From Felis catus (lineage: Eukaryota): 64,000 nucleotides of DNA. Under the pieces are notes generated by a model. The model made no database searches. It was not told the origin of the DNA and was given only the letters and a program-made list of their open reading frames with translations. Position 1 is the stretch's first letter; every line of letters begins with the position of its first letter. Where the stretch lies: assembly GCF_018350175.1 (NCBI RefSeq), contig NC_058368.1, forward strand, positions 82,462,001-82,526,000, read 5' to 3'. A program made the position numbers and the translations under genes. This document shows positions 13,567-24,915 of the stretch, one piece after another.

Positions 13567-15702
13567 GAGCCACACAGAAACCACCACACATATTCCCGTT
13601 CTCCACATCACACCCCCTCTTCAAACCAGAGTTCAGGTAAACTGTGAATACTCAAACAAAGAGGGGCCAAGGTAATAAAACTGACGATTTTACGTGAGAA
13701 CACAAACTCCCTTCTGCTGTCCGTGGTCTGTCCGCTCAGGGCTGCACCAGCCGGAAGCGGCCTTGCTTCAGTTCCGAGGTTCTGAGGGAGAATCTGCTGT
13801 GCCTCTGGGATGGGGTGGGGTGGGCGGCAGCATTTGGGGGCCCAGGGTCATGGGTAGGGCTGCCCTCGGCTCTCCCAAGGTTCTCCGAGAGCTAGTGTTG
13901 TCAGGTGTGAGTGTGGCCAGCAGGCCTCATCTCTGGACCCGGGACTGGAGTCAGCATGAACCGCCCCCTGCAGTGGAGGACGCGCTTGGGATCCTGAGAC
14001 CCTCCCACCTCCCTGCCCCCAGGACCCTGGCCCTCAGTCTCTACTCCCTCGGGAATCTCTTGTTCGTTCGTCTATTCAGCAATTGTCAGGTTCACATTAC
14101 CTTCCAGAAGCCAAGGAGGATGCCGGAGATAAGGGCAAAAGTTAAGTGAGAAACATAGCCTTTCTCGCCGGCTTGACCTTTTTTCTAATGGGGGAAATTG
14201 TAACCAAGAAATGATACAAATGAACATAAAAATACAACTGGAAGGTGGGTCTGATGGATAAGGAAGGTCGGAATCCGTTCATCATCAAGGAGATGGCCTT
14301 CCTTCCCCCTTTCCCACGGGTGGACAGAGAGACTCCTCAGGGAAGGGGCAGCCAGGAAGGCGCTCCCTAGGGAGCAGGAGGGCGGGGAGCAGTTGGGGCC
14401 CAGGTCAGTCCAGCTGCGTTTCCAGAAGGTACTCCAGCAGGTGGGAGTTGGGGCTCAAGCGGGGGCTCTGGCGGTCTTGGTGAAAGTGGCTCCCAGGTGG
14501 TGGTCTGGGAAGAGAGGACCAGAGAGCCTTTTGGATATGTCACTTTGGAAAAGCCTGTGGCCCACTGTCTCAGTCAGAACAGGACACCAGACAATGAGGT
14601 CCAGAGGCCAGAGCCTGAGACCAGGAGGCCAGGTGGTCGGTTTGTGGGACACCCGTCTTCCTCACCAACCCCAGGATTTTGTCTCCCGGAGAGCCTGGCT
14701 CACCTGTTCACCCACCAAAGGGCGTCCTGGTCGCTTCCAGGATATAAAGTTGCTGTAAACATCCCTGCACACTTTTGTGTGGACATGTTTCCAACTCCTT
14801 TGGGTCAATGCCAAGGAGTGTGACTGCTGGACCGGGTGCTAAGAGCATGTTTGGCTTTGAGAGAAGCCCCCTGGACAGTCTGGCAAGGCGGCCGCACAGT
14901 TCTGCACTCCCAGCGACACAGGACAGGGCTCCTCAGGGTGCTGTGTGTGCGGCAGGGTCCTCACGGGTGCAGGGTGGGGTCCTCGTGGGTGCGCAGAGGG
15001 GTCTCCTGGTCGTGTCTGTGTGACATCCCTGGAACTCTTCTCATGTGCTCAGCTGCCAGTGCCTTATGGGGTGAGTGTCTGTTAGGGTCTTTTGCTTCTT
15101 ATTTGGGTTTGTTTGTATTTTTATTGTTGAGTTTGAAGAGTTCTTTATATTCTTTGGATCCCAGTCCTTTGTCAGATGTGTGCTTGTAAGTACTTCCTCC
15201 GTGACTGTGGCTTGTCTTCTCCTTTTCAGTGTCCTTATCAGAACAGAGCCTTTAATTCCCTATGTTAGGATCAGGGTCTGAGTCTATTTATTTATTATTT
15301 TTTGCACATGGACAGCCAGCTGCATCTGTTGAAGAGACTGTCCTTTCTCCTTTGTGACACGAAGGAGACACAGGCAAAATTCAGTTGCCTGTTTCTGGGC
15401 CTTCTGTCCTGTTCCATAGATGCATTCACCTGTTCCCCCGCTGATACTATGCTGTCCGAGTGATGTTGCTTCTGCACAAGACTTGAAGTCAGACCACGTC
15501 TGTTCTCCAACTCTGTTCTTCTCCTTTAGTATTTGTGTTGACTACTCTGGGTCTTCTGTCCCTTCGTACAAACTTCAGAATCACAAAACACCTGCTGGGA
15601 TTTTGATGGGATTGCATTGAATCTAGGGAGCAAGTTGTAGTTTGTGGTTTCCCTCAAGCAGATGTTATACATCTATGTGTTTTGCTAGGTTGTACCTAAG
15701 GA

Positions 15703-16144
15703 CAGGGGCACCTTGGAGATACTGAAGATCTGGCTCCTGCTTCCCACTAAAGCAAATGGCTCCATAAAGTGAGTCAAATGAGCTTTTTGGCTTCCCAGCA
15801 CACATGAAAGTTGTGTTTCCACCACACTGTAGTCTATTAGATGTGTAATAGCATTATGTCTTGAAAAACAATATACACACCTTAAATAAAAAGTACTTTA
15901 TTGTTAAAAAAATGTTATCATCTGAACTTTCATCTGAACTAATTGCTGAGCACAGATCACTATAAGAAATATAATAATAATGAAAAAGTTTGAAATATTG
16001 CAAGAACTATCAAAATGTGACCCAGAGACAGGAAGTGAGCAAATGCTGTTGGAAAAATGGCTGCTTGTCGCACAGTGGCCACAGACCTTCCATTTGTACA
16101 AAAATCACAGTATCTGCAAAGCTCAGTGAAAGAGGGTATGTCTA
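15703..16144 (-). mobile_element. Tigger1-derived non-autonomous DNA transposon (both ends, internal deletion)
   Basis: Ends caggggcaccttggagata and gagggtatgtcta match the Tigger1 TIR CAGGCATACCTC; internal aatgaaaaagtttgaaatattgcaagaa and cactgtagtctatta; TA at 16145-16146. Confidence 0.88.
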
Positions 16145-17548
16145 TATGTCTCTCTTTCTCTTTTGTTTGGGTTTTTTTGGTGCTAATGTAAATGGTGTGT
16201 TTTTAATTCCAAATTTCAGTCATTCATTGCTGGTGTATGGAAAAACAATGGACATTGTTTTAACATACCTTGTGTCCTGTAGCCTTGCTGTTGTCACTTT
16301 ATTTATTGTTGTTGCCACCACAAGTGGGTTGGGATTTTCCACCTGGATGATCATGTCATCTGCAAACAAAGAGAGTCTTTCTCCTTCCTTCCCAATTGGT
16401 ATAATTTTTACATATTTTCCTTGTCCTACTGCATCAGCAAGGGCTTCCAGTATGATGCTAACTAGAGTGGTGATGAAGACATCCTTGCCTTGTCCCTGAC
16501 CTTAGGAGGGAAGCTCTAGTTTCTCACCATGAAGTATGATGCTAGCTGAGGGGTTATTGTAGATCCTCATATCAAAAGGCTTTCTTCTATTCTTAGTTTG
16601 CTGAGGCTTTTTCTCATGAATGAGAGTCAGGTTTTTATCAAATGCTTTTTCTCTATCTATGGATATGATCGTATGATTTTTCCTCTTTGGCACACCTGGG
16701 GTAAATCCCACTTGGTCATGGTGCATATTCTTTTTATACGTTGTCAAGTTCAATTTGCTAATGTTTTTGTTGGGGATTTTTGCATCTATGTTCATGAGAG
16801 ATAATGGTGTGTGGCTTTTCCTTTCTTATTTTTATGTTAGGGTAATGCAGGCCTTAAAAATGAAATAGAAAGTACTCCCTCTGATTATATTTTCTGTGAT
16901 AAATTGCAGAGAATTGGTATCATTTCTTCCTTAAACGTTTAGTACAATTTACCAGTGCATCCATCTAGGTCTCATGCTGATTTGGAAGATTAGTAATTAT
17001 TGATTCAATTTCTTTAACATACATATAGACCTATTGAGGTCATTTCTTTCTCCTTGTCTGCATTTTGATGGACAGTGTCTTTCGCAGAACTGGTCACTTT
17101 CATCGAGGTTATCAAAGCTAAGGGCTTAGATGTGTTCATAATATTCCTTTATAGTCTTCAATGGCCATGGGATCTGTAGTCTGTACTAATGGCTCCTCTT
17201 TCATTTTTGATGTTAGCAATTTGTGTCTTATTTTCCCCCTTGGTTAGTCTGCCTAGAGATTTATCAATAGTATTGATCTTCTCCAAGAACTAGTTTTTGG
17301 TTTTGTTGATTTTCTCTATTGTTTTTCTGTTTTCAATTATCTTGATTTATTATTTCTTTTTTCCCCCTTACTTTGGGTTTAACTTGTTCGTCTTTTTCCA
17401 GTTTCACAGTGTGGAAATTTAGATTATTGACTTTAGACTTTTGTTCTCTAATGTCTGTGATCATTGCTACAGATGTTCCCCCAAGAACTGCTTCCACTGT
17501 GCCCCACACATTGTGATAAATTTTCATTCAATTAATAAAAATACTTTA

Positions 17549-17763
17549 GGGGCATCTGGGTGGCTCAGTCAATTAAGCGTCTGACTTTGGCTCAGGTCAT
17601 GATCTCACAGTTCGTGAGTTCGAGCCCTGCATAGGGCTCTGTGCTGGCAGCTCAGAGCCTGGAGCCTGATTCAGATTCGGTGTCTCCCTCTCTCTCTGCC
17701 CCTCCCCTGTTCATGCTTTGTCTCTGTCTCAAAAATAAATAAACATTAAAAAAATTTTTTTTT
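17549..17763 (+). mobile_element. Can-SINE (felid type)
   Basis: Full head, body and tail; TSD aatacttta on both sides. Confidence 0.95.
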
Positions 17764-18101
17764 AATACTTTAATTTCACTGGATGCCTCTGCTTTGACCC
17801 ACTTATCCCAATATTCTGGGACATATCTGCAAACCCACTGACCCTTTCCTCATCAATGTGCTAATGAGTCCGTCCGGGTGTACTTGATTTTCATGATGTT
17901 TTTATTTCATCATTTTAAAAAATTCTTTCTTAAAGTTTCTGTCTCTCTGTTTACATTATTCATTTATTGTTGAGTATTCTTTGTTTTATCCATGAAACTT
18001 AGCTTATTAATTGTAGTTATTTTAAATTCCTGGGCTGATAATTCTAAAATCTCTGCTGTACCTGAGCTGGTTCTGATGCTTGTTTTATCTGGTCATGCCA
18101 C

Positions 18102-18272
18102 CTGAGCATCACCCAGGGTGACAGTGACGTGGGAAATGCGTGAGAATGGAGGGAGAGGGGTAGGCGGCTTTCTGGGCAGGTCTGCCAGCCCCTGCAGAGC
18201 CCCTCAATGGCTCTCTGTTGCCTTCCGTGATTGGCTGGAGCTCCTTGTGTAGCTCAGGGGTGTTCCTGCACA
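18102..18272 (+). repeat. Copy 1 of a ~170-180-bp dispersed direct duplication
   Basis: ctgagcatcaccc...tgttcctgc aligns along its length with 20370-20551. Confidence 0.9.
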
Positions 18273-18749
18273 AACCAACCAAGCACAGATGGTTTGTCAC
18301 ACAAGAACCTTAGCTCTTCCCTATTACTCTCACACTCCAAGGCCTTCATGTAGAAGTTTTTTTTTTACATTTTGTCCAGAACTTACAACTGTTATCTGTG
18401 GAAAGGTCATTTCAGTGGGAGCTATTTGGCTGCTGCCAGAAGTGAGGCTGTTCCTGTATTCTTTTTATGTGATGGAAATCACCTCTTTGCCAAGTGTATG
18501 GAAAACTTCCCCCCAAGTTTTTCCTTTATGTATGATGTTTAAAAAGTGTACTACAGTTGATTTTATCAACCTTTTCCTCAGTGCCTCTGGATTTTGTATC
18601 CACAAAGTTGCCCAGATTCTCCCTAGAGTTGCCTTGTTTGTTCTAAGATAACAAAAATATCTGCCTCCTTGTTTGCTTGCTTTCTTCCTGATTTTTTTTT
18701 CACATTTAAATCCTTGATTCCTCTGAAATGTATTTTAATACATGGACTA

Positions 18750-18970
18750 GGGGTGCCCAGATGCCTCAGTCGGTTAAACATTCATCTCTTGGTTTTGGCT
18801 GAGGTCATGATCTCATGGTTCATGATTTTGAGCCCTGCGTCTGTGGTGATAGTGCAGAGCCTGCTTGGGCTTCACTCTCTCTTCCTCTCTCTCTGCTCCT
18901 CCCTTGCTTGCACAAGCTCTCTCTCTCTTTCTCAAAATAAATAAAGCGAAATTTTTTTTAAATTTAAAAA
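18750..18970 (+). mobile_element. Can-SINE (diverged)
   Basis: ggggtgccc head, (CT)n, aaaataaataaa tail; TSD aatacatgga. Confidence 0.9.
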
Positions 18971-19089
18971 AATACATGGAATAAAGAGTAAGGAGTAAGA
19001 ATACTATTTTACCCAAATGGATAATTGGTTGCCTTCATATCACTTATTGAATAATTTATCACTGAAATATTTTATTTTGAATCCTCAGT

Positions 19090-19230
19090 GCTCACCCTCA
19101 AATATAAGTATTTCTATCTTTATTTCACAGATGAGATCGTTGAAATCAAGTTAAGTAAGTTAAGTAAGGTCATGCAGCTAAAAACTCCCAAAAGTCAGAG
19201 TCAAATCAGTTCTGCATAGTCCATGACCCA
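19090..19230 (-). mobile_element. MIR fragment
   Basis: atttcacagatgag...gttaagtaa...aaggtcatgcagcta is the antisense MIR core. Confidence 0.6.
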
Positions 19231-20369
19231 CCTTCTTCCTTTCCAGACATAAAGCACCTGGTCTGATATCAGAGCACCAGGGGCTGTGGGGCCCATCTCC
19301 GGGAAGACCACCATTTGGACGAGTTGCCCAGCAGCACAAGAGTCTTTGGTCTTGGGCCTAGACATTCTTTGTAGGAGATGCTGTCTCTACAGGGATGGCT
19401 CGGTGGCACTAAGATAGCTAAACTCCCTTGGATGACCAAAGGCACCTCAGTCGACACCAATTTTGCCTTTGTGATGCACCAGCAAGATTCTACTGTTAGT
19501 TACAGAATCACTATTGTTCTTTGAGATGCCCCAATTAGATTCGGACGGAAAAGCTGGAAGACATAGGAAGCTGTCGCTCCACAGAGAGTTGGCTCGTGGC
19601 TGGTACATTCCTTCCCCTTATCCCACACTTTTGTGGTGGGAAAAAGTATGCTTTGCTGCGAGGTGAGCTGGAGGAAGAGCACGTGGCCTGGCAGATGAGC
19701 CAGGAGTGATCCTTCCCAACTGGGGCCCACTGGGGGAGGGCCGGCTCATTTCATTGCCCATGACATTCCACGGAGGGAAATCAGCAGGGAAATAGTGACA
19801 TCATGTTCGTGTCTCTGAGCAGCTGAACGATTCTGTGGCTCCTGACCCGTGTGTAAAGCACGTGCAGGCTGTCATACACAAGACCCTGGACACCGGGGGT
19901 CATCAGCACATTGCTTCTCCCTGGAGCCCTCGAGAGCAGTCCACACAAACACATATGTGAAAGCCTCCTAAGTGCCAGCGACTATGACAGACGCTTAATC
20001 TCAGAAGTGTACATCGGTAGGATTAGTGGTGGAGCATAGTGTAGGATTTACTATTGGAGCACGACACTGGGTTAGCGGGGAGCATGGTGTGCAGTTAGTG
20101 GGATGTGGGGTTAGGAGGCCAAGCACACCAGGAAACATAGCAACATTTTGGGCAATCGCTGAGCCCGGGTCATCAGGGCCCAGCCTCACTGCAAGCGCTG
20201 AGAGGCCGAGGAAGGCGTGACGAGGCTTGTGCACCTGCCCAGCCAGGCAGACGGGTCAGGGCCCCGGGTGGGTCATCGGGGCCGCAGGCGGGTCGGGGCC
20301 GCAAGCTAATAAGGGCCGTGAGCCTGGATGCGCGGTCCAGCTGAGAGGCTGCGGGAGGCTAAGCAGAAA

Positions 20370-20551
20370 CTGAGCATCACCCAAGGTGACAGTGACATGG
20401 GAAATGCGTGAGAACGGAGGGAGAGAGGTAGGCAGCTTGCTGAGCAGGTCTGCCAGCCCCTGCAGAGCCCCTCAATGGTTCTATGTTGCCTTGGGTTCAT
20501 GTGTTGCCTTGGGCTGGAACTCCTTGTGCGGCTCAGGAGTGTTCCTGCGCA
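20370..20551 (+). repeat. Copy 2 of the dispersed direct duplication
   Basis: Matches 18102-18272 and carries an extra internal repeat of tgttgccttggg. Confidence 0.9.
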
Positions 20552-20949
20552 TACGTCCTCCGGGAGGACAGTGCTCCCACTGTGGCCGCCCCCCCACCCA
20601 CCCTTCTCTGATTTGCTGCATATTCTGTGCGCCCAAGTCCTTCAGACCTGCAGCTGCCCGGCCTCTCCTCTTGGCCCCTGGCTGTGCCGCTCCACCCTGC
20701 TGGCCCTGCTCAGCAACCCACTCCCTGGGACCCTTTCTGAGCCCCTGGAGGCCCACCTCAGGGTCCCTTCCATGTGTTGGGCCCTTGGAGTGGTGAGGGC
20801 ACAGAGGCCTGGAAGCACATTCCCCATATTCGGGCCACAGAGGGTGTGAGCTGGAGGGGTTGCCTGTGGGCACTGGGGCAGTAGAGTTAACAGAGATCAA
20901 GGTTGAGGCCCACAGGCCTGGGAGAAGTCATATGACCCAAATAGGTAAG

Positions 20950-21590
20950 AATAAAGCTTGCATTCGGTTGAAGACACCCTTAAGAAGATAACAACAAGCT
21001 GTAGATGGAGAGAAAATATTTGCAAATCACAATTCTGGCAAAGGACTTGTATCTACCCCAGGGGCGCCGGGGTGGCTCAGTCGGTTAAATCTGACTCTTG
21101 TGGGACTCCATTTCGGCTCAGGTCGTGGTCTCACGTTGGTGGGATTCAGACCCACCATCGGCTCTGCGTGGATAGCACGGAGCCTGTCGGGGACGCTCTC
21201 TGCCCCTCCCCCGTGCTCTCTCTCTCTCTCAAAATAAATAAACATAAAAATGTTTAAATTCATCACAAGAAACAAATTGGAAAACGAGCAAAAGATTTGA
21301 ACAGGCACTTCGCGGCTATTATTAATGAGGGAAATGCAAATTAAACCCACAATGAGGTATCACCACACCTGTCAAGGTAGTGACAAGGCCACATGCTGCT
21401 GGGGGTGACAGGAAGAGGGTCTGTCGTCAGCTGTCAGTGGGAGGGCAAGAGGGCACAGACGCCCTGGAGTCCCTTATAAAGAGGGGTCCACACTCACCGT
21501 GCAGTTCTGCAGTCACACCCGTTGGTTTACGCCGGAAAATGAAAACGTGTCCCACGAAAGCTGATAGCAGCTTTACTCGTGATTCGGTGG
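20950..21590 (+). mobile_element. Old L1 ORF2-end/3' fragment split by a SINE
   Basis: tggagagaaaatatttgcaaatcac, gcaaaagatttgaacaggcacttc and gggaaatgcaaattaaacccacaatgag. Confidence 0.8.
21061..21258 (+). mobile_element. Can-SINE (diverged)
   Basis: ggggcgccggggtggctcagtcggttaa head, CT tract, aaaataaataaac tail. Confidence 0.9.
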
Positions 21591-22072
21591 CACAACTGTG
21601 GGCATGGGCAAGGGTCAGTGGCAGCCAGGAGTTGGTGTGGGGGAGCCCCTTCTCGGGTGGCAGGCCCAGGCCTGAGGTGGCTTGCGGGAACTGTGAGCTC
21701 TGGTCTGAGTCGCTCAAAGCCCAGGGGCAGGGCTCGTAGAGGTGGCAACCCTGTGCTTTCAGTAAAGAGCGGGGGCTGCGATGCCTGGAAGGGGGTCCCT
21801 CTGCCGCTGGAGGGTCTGCCGGCCGCAGCCCCCACACAAACAAGCCACAGAACAGACTCTCTCTCTGCCGCACAGTCCTTGGCCTTCAAAGGCTGCTTGC
21901 TTTCAATCAAACAAAAATGGCTGAAGGCCCGTAGGTTTACTTGGCTGGAAAAGTTGTTTCAGAGGTTATATGTTTCAGTTATTAAAAGCTGCAGCCCAAG
22001 TAAAGGAAACGTGAGTAAGAGAGGTGTTTGGAGGGAAATCGTTTCTGGACCAGAATCCTGACAATGCAGAGC

Positions 22073-22287
22073 TTTTTTTAAATGTTTATTTATTTTTGAG
22101 AGAGGGAGAGAGACAGAGTGTGAGCGGGGAAGGGGGAAAGAGAGGGGGAGACAGACACAGAATCTGAAGCAGGCTCCGGGCTCGGAGCTGTCGGCACAGA
22201 GCCCGATGCGCGGCTTGAACTCACAAGCCACAGGATCATGACTTGAGCCTGAGTTGGACGCTTAATCAACTGAGCCACCGAGGGGCC
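22073..22287 (-). mobile_element. Can-SINE (felid type)
   Basis: Antisense tail, GA tract and head; TSD ctgacaat(g/t)cagagcttt. Confidence 0.95.
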
Positions 22288-24177
22288 TGACAATTCAGAG
22301 CTTTAAGCAGAATTCGGTTTTGGTTGAGAGAAGCCATCCGAGAGGAAAGAATCCCAGAAATTCTCAGCAGGGTCTGAGTCCGGGCATGTGGCTCAGACCC
22401 AGTCACGGTTCCTAGTCCCGGCCTGTGCATCCTGGGGGACGCGGGGTTGGGAGGTAAGTGTACATGTGGCATGGTTGTGATAAACCGAGAGTTAGTGTTG
22501 TGCAACCTTCACCCAGTAAGACACAGGAAGCCCCGTCCTGCCAGAAGGACACCTCGCTCCCCCTGCTGGTGTCCCGCCTCCCGCCAGAGGCGGCCGGCGT
22601 GATCCTGCCTCTGTCACTGGTGAGTGTGGCCTGTTGGATTTTGTGCAGATGGACACATCTGCACACTCGTGTGTCTGGCTGGTCTCCCTCGATGTGCCGA
22701 GAGGTCCATCCACGCTGTGCTGCCTAACGCTGTCGTCCTCAGGAGGGGGTGGGTCTCATACCATTTCCTCTGGAAGAAGGTGCTGCACTGTAGCTGTTTG
22801 GCCGCATGGAGGCGAACCCCCTCTTCCCTGGGGCAGGGGCTCATGTCGGGGGTGAAGGGCCCCAACTTCCTGGCCACTTCTAGCCCAAGAGCGTCTGTCC
22901 GCAGCCCCAGGGATGCCCGTGCAGAAGGAGCCCCCCCGGGGTGGTTTGCGGTTACGGAGGGTGAGCAAAGAACAAAGTGCAGGACCCTGAGGTCTGAGGC
23001 TTCTCTGGCCATCACTCCTGAGGCCCCACCAGCAGTTGGTGCTGACCAGACTGTCAGGTGCGGCAAACTTCACCTCAGCCGGAAGGCCCAAGCTCATGCA
23101 GAGGGCTGGCAGGGGGCATCGGTGTTGGGGCACCGCCACAGGTGACCAAGGCATGCAGAGGTCTCCTGAGTAGTCGGGCCCAGACCCTGGTGGCTGAGGC
23201 TTTAGTGCTCCTTCCGGCAGAGAAGGAATTTACATGCTCTGAACTGTCAACAAACCCAAGGTTGTTGAAGGCTGGGGCGGAGAGTGGGGGGGGGGGGGGT
23301 TCCTTATTCCACACTTGAAAGGCCTGGAACAAGAATGTGTCATCACTAATTGGACCTCAGGCTCCAAGAAGGTGAAACTCAGCTTTACCACGACCACCCA
23401 CAGGCTGGAGGGAGATGAAGGGCGTGGAGAGGGGGCCAGAGGCTGAGCTGCACCGACGCCCTGCCAGCTGGAAGCCGGCCTGAAGATCACGGGACCCCAG
23501 ATCTGGGGGGAGCAGAATGGTCTCAGCCGGCCCCTCGCCCTCCCGCCCTCCTGCCCTCTTCTGCTCCCCACCCCCCCCAACCTTCTGCCTTGTCCTGCTC
23601 CCTTCAGGAGACCGGGTACACTAAGCTGTCCCACCTGGAAGCAATGAATAACTGAAAATCAGAGTCGCCTTCCTGGGAAAGAGAGGAGGAACAGAGTCGC
23701 CCCTCCGTATTTTCTCTGCGCCATGAAATGGGGCTGAGAATAAACCCCAGCTGTACTCAGGGTTTGCTCTGTTGCTCCGCTGCAACGGAGGGACATGCTT
23801 GGGGGCCTTTCCTGCCCTGGGGCTTCAGGGTTCCACGCTCTCCACCTCCTCACGTGGCCGGTTTTGTCCCACCCGGGCACCTACCTGGCCACTGCAGGCC
23901 CAGACCTCCCGGGGGCCAGGCTGCACTCACGGAAGATTCAGGCCCCGTATTCCTTTACATCATCTCAGCACCCAGCCTCGGGTGCAAGCAGGAGACGCTG
24001 CAGGAACACGGGGACGAGCCGGCCCTCCCAGGAGACCCTCCCAAACCCCGGGCTGTGCAGTGTTGGCTGTGTGCACAGCGCTTCAAAGTAGAAACATGAA
24101 GTCTCTCCCACAGCTCTCCAAAAGGATACAAAGCTTTCAGTTTTTGAATGTTTTATTTAACTAAAAGCACTTGGTAA

Positions 24178-24381
24178 GGGGTGCCCCGGGGCTCCATCGG
24201 TTGAGCGTCCGACTCTTGGTTTCAGCCCATGATCTCACCATTCGCTGGTTCGAGCTCCGTGTCAGGCTCTGCGCTGACAGTGCAGAGCCTGCTTGGGGCG
24301 CCCCCCGCTTTCTGCCCCTCCCCAGCTTGTAGCTCTCTTTCTCTCAAAAATGAATAAATAAAATTTTAAAATAATAAAATA
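24178..24381 (+). mobile_element. Can-SINE (diverged)
   Basis: Head, body and A-rich tail; flanking aaaa(g/a)cacttggt repeat. Confidence 0.9.
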
Positions 24382-24439
24382 AAAACACTTGGTGTAAGTT
24401 CAGCCAGGTAATACGTGCCAAGAGTCAAAGACATCCACA

Positions 24440-24915
24440 TCCTGTGCCCCAATATCCTACTTCTAGGAAAGGAATTCAAAGGAAAAAATGCAAAATATGG
24501 GAAAAATCATTATACCCCAAAAGATGCATTTTGAATAGTGTTATTTGTAATAGTGGAAAATATAAACAACCCAAATGTCCAACAGGGAGATTACTAGCTG
24601 GACTGTGGTAAATTCTCATACTAGATGATGTTAAAACAATAAACACTGATGCTTATCCAGAGTTAATAACATCCACTCCTACACCCACGTGTGGTCAAGT
24701 GTTCTGTGTAGTAATTCTGTTCCAAAGCAAATAAGATGATTTACATAACGTATGATAAGGGTTTTTTTTTTCTTGAGCTACAATATAAAAGGCCTCAAAG
24801 AAAATATGGCAAAAATGTCCACCATGGATTTCTCTGGGTGATGGGAGTTTAAGTGATTTCTTCTTCTTTTTTTTTTCCATTTGTGTTTTCATTTTCCAAA
24901 TTTCCTATCATGAGC
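24440..24915 (+). mobile_element. Old L1 (L1ME-like) 3' fragment
   Basis: aatatcctacttctaggaa and tatttgtaatagtggaaaa...aacaacccaaatgtccaaca. Confidence 0.65.

Larger units (their letters stand above)
14690..18090 (-). mobile_element. Old L1 (3' region and ORF2 remnants), interrupted by a Tigger1 element and a SINE
   Basis: T-rich antisense L1 text; minus-strand ORF remnants MNIDAKIPNK...HHDQVGFTPG (16502-16795) and ...KSKVNNLNFH...KLEK... (17333-17527) are L1 ORF2-like. Confidence 0.9.

Noticed and set aside
20200..20350. Local CpG enrichment suggesting a promoter (similar patch near 57500-57750)
   Set aside because: Too short and not clearly above the GC-rich background to call a CpG island by eye.
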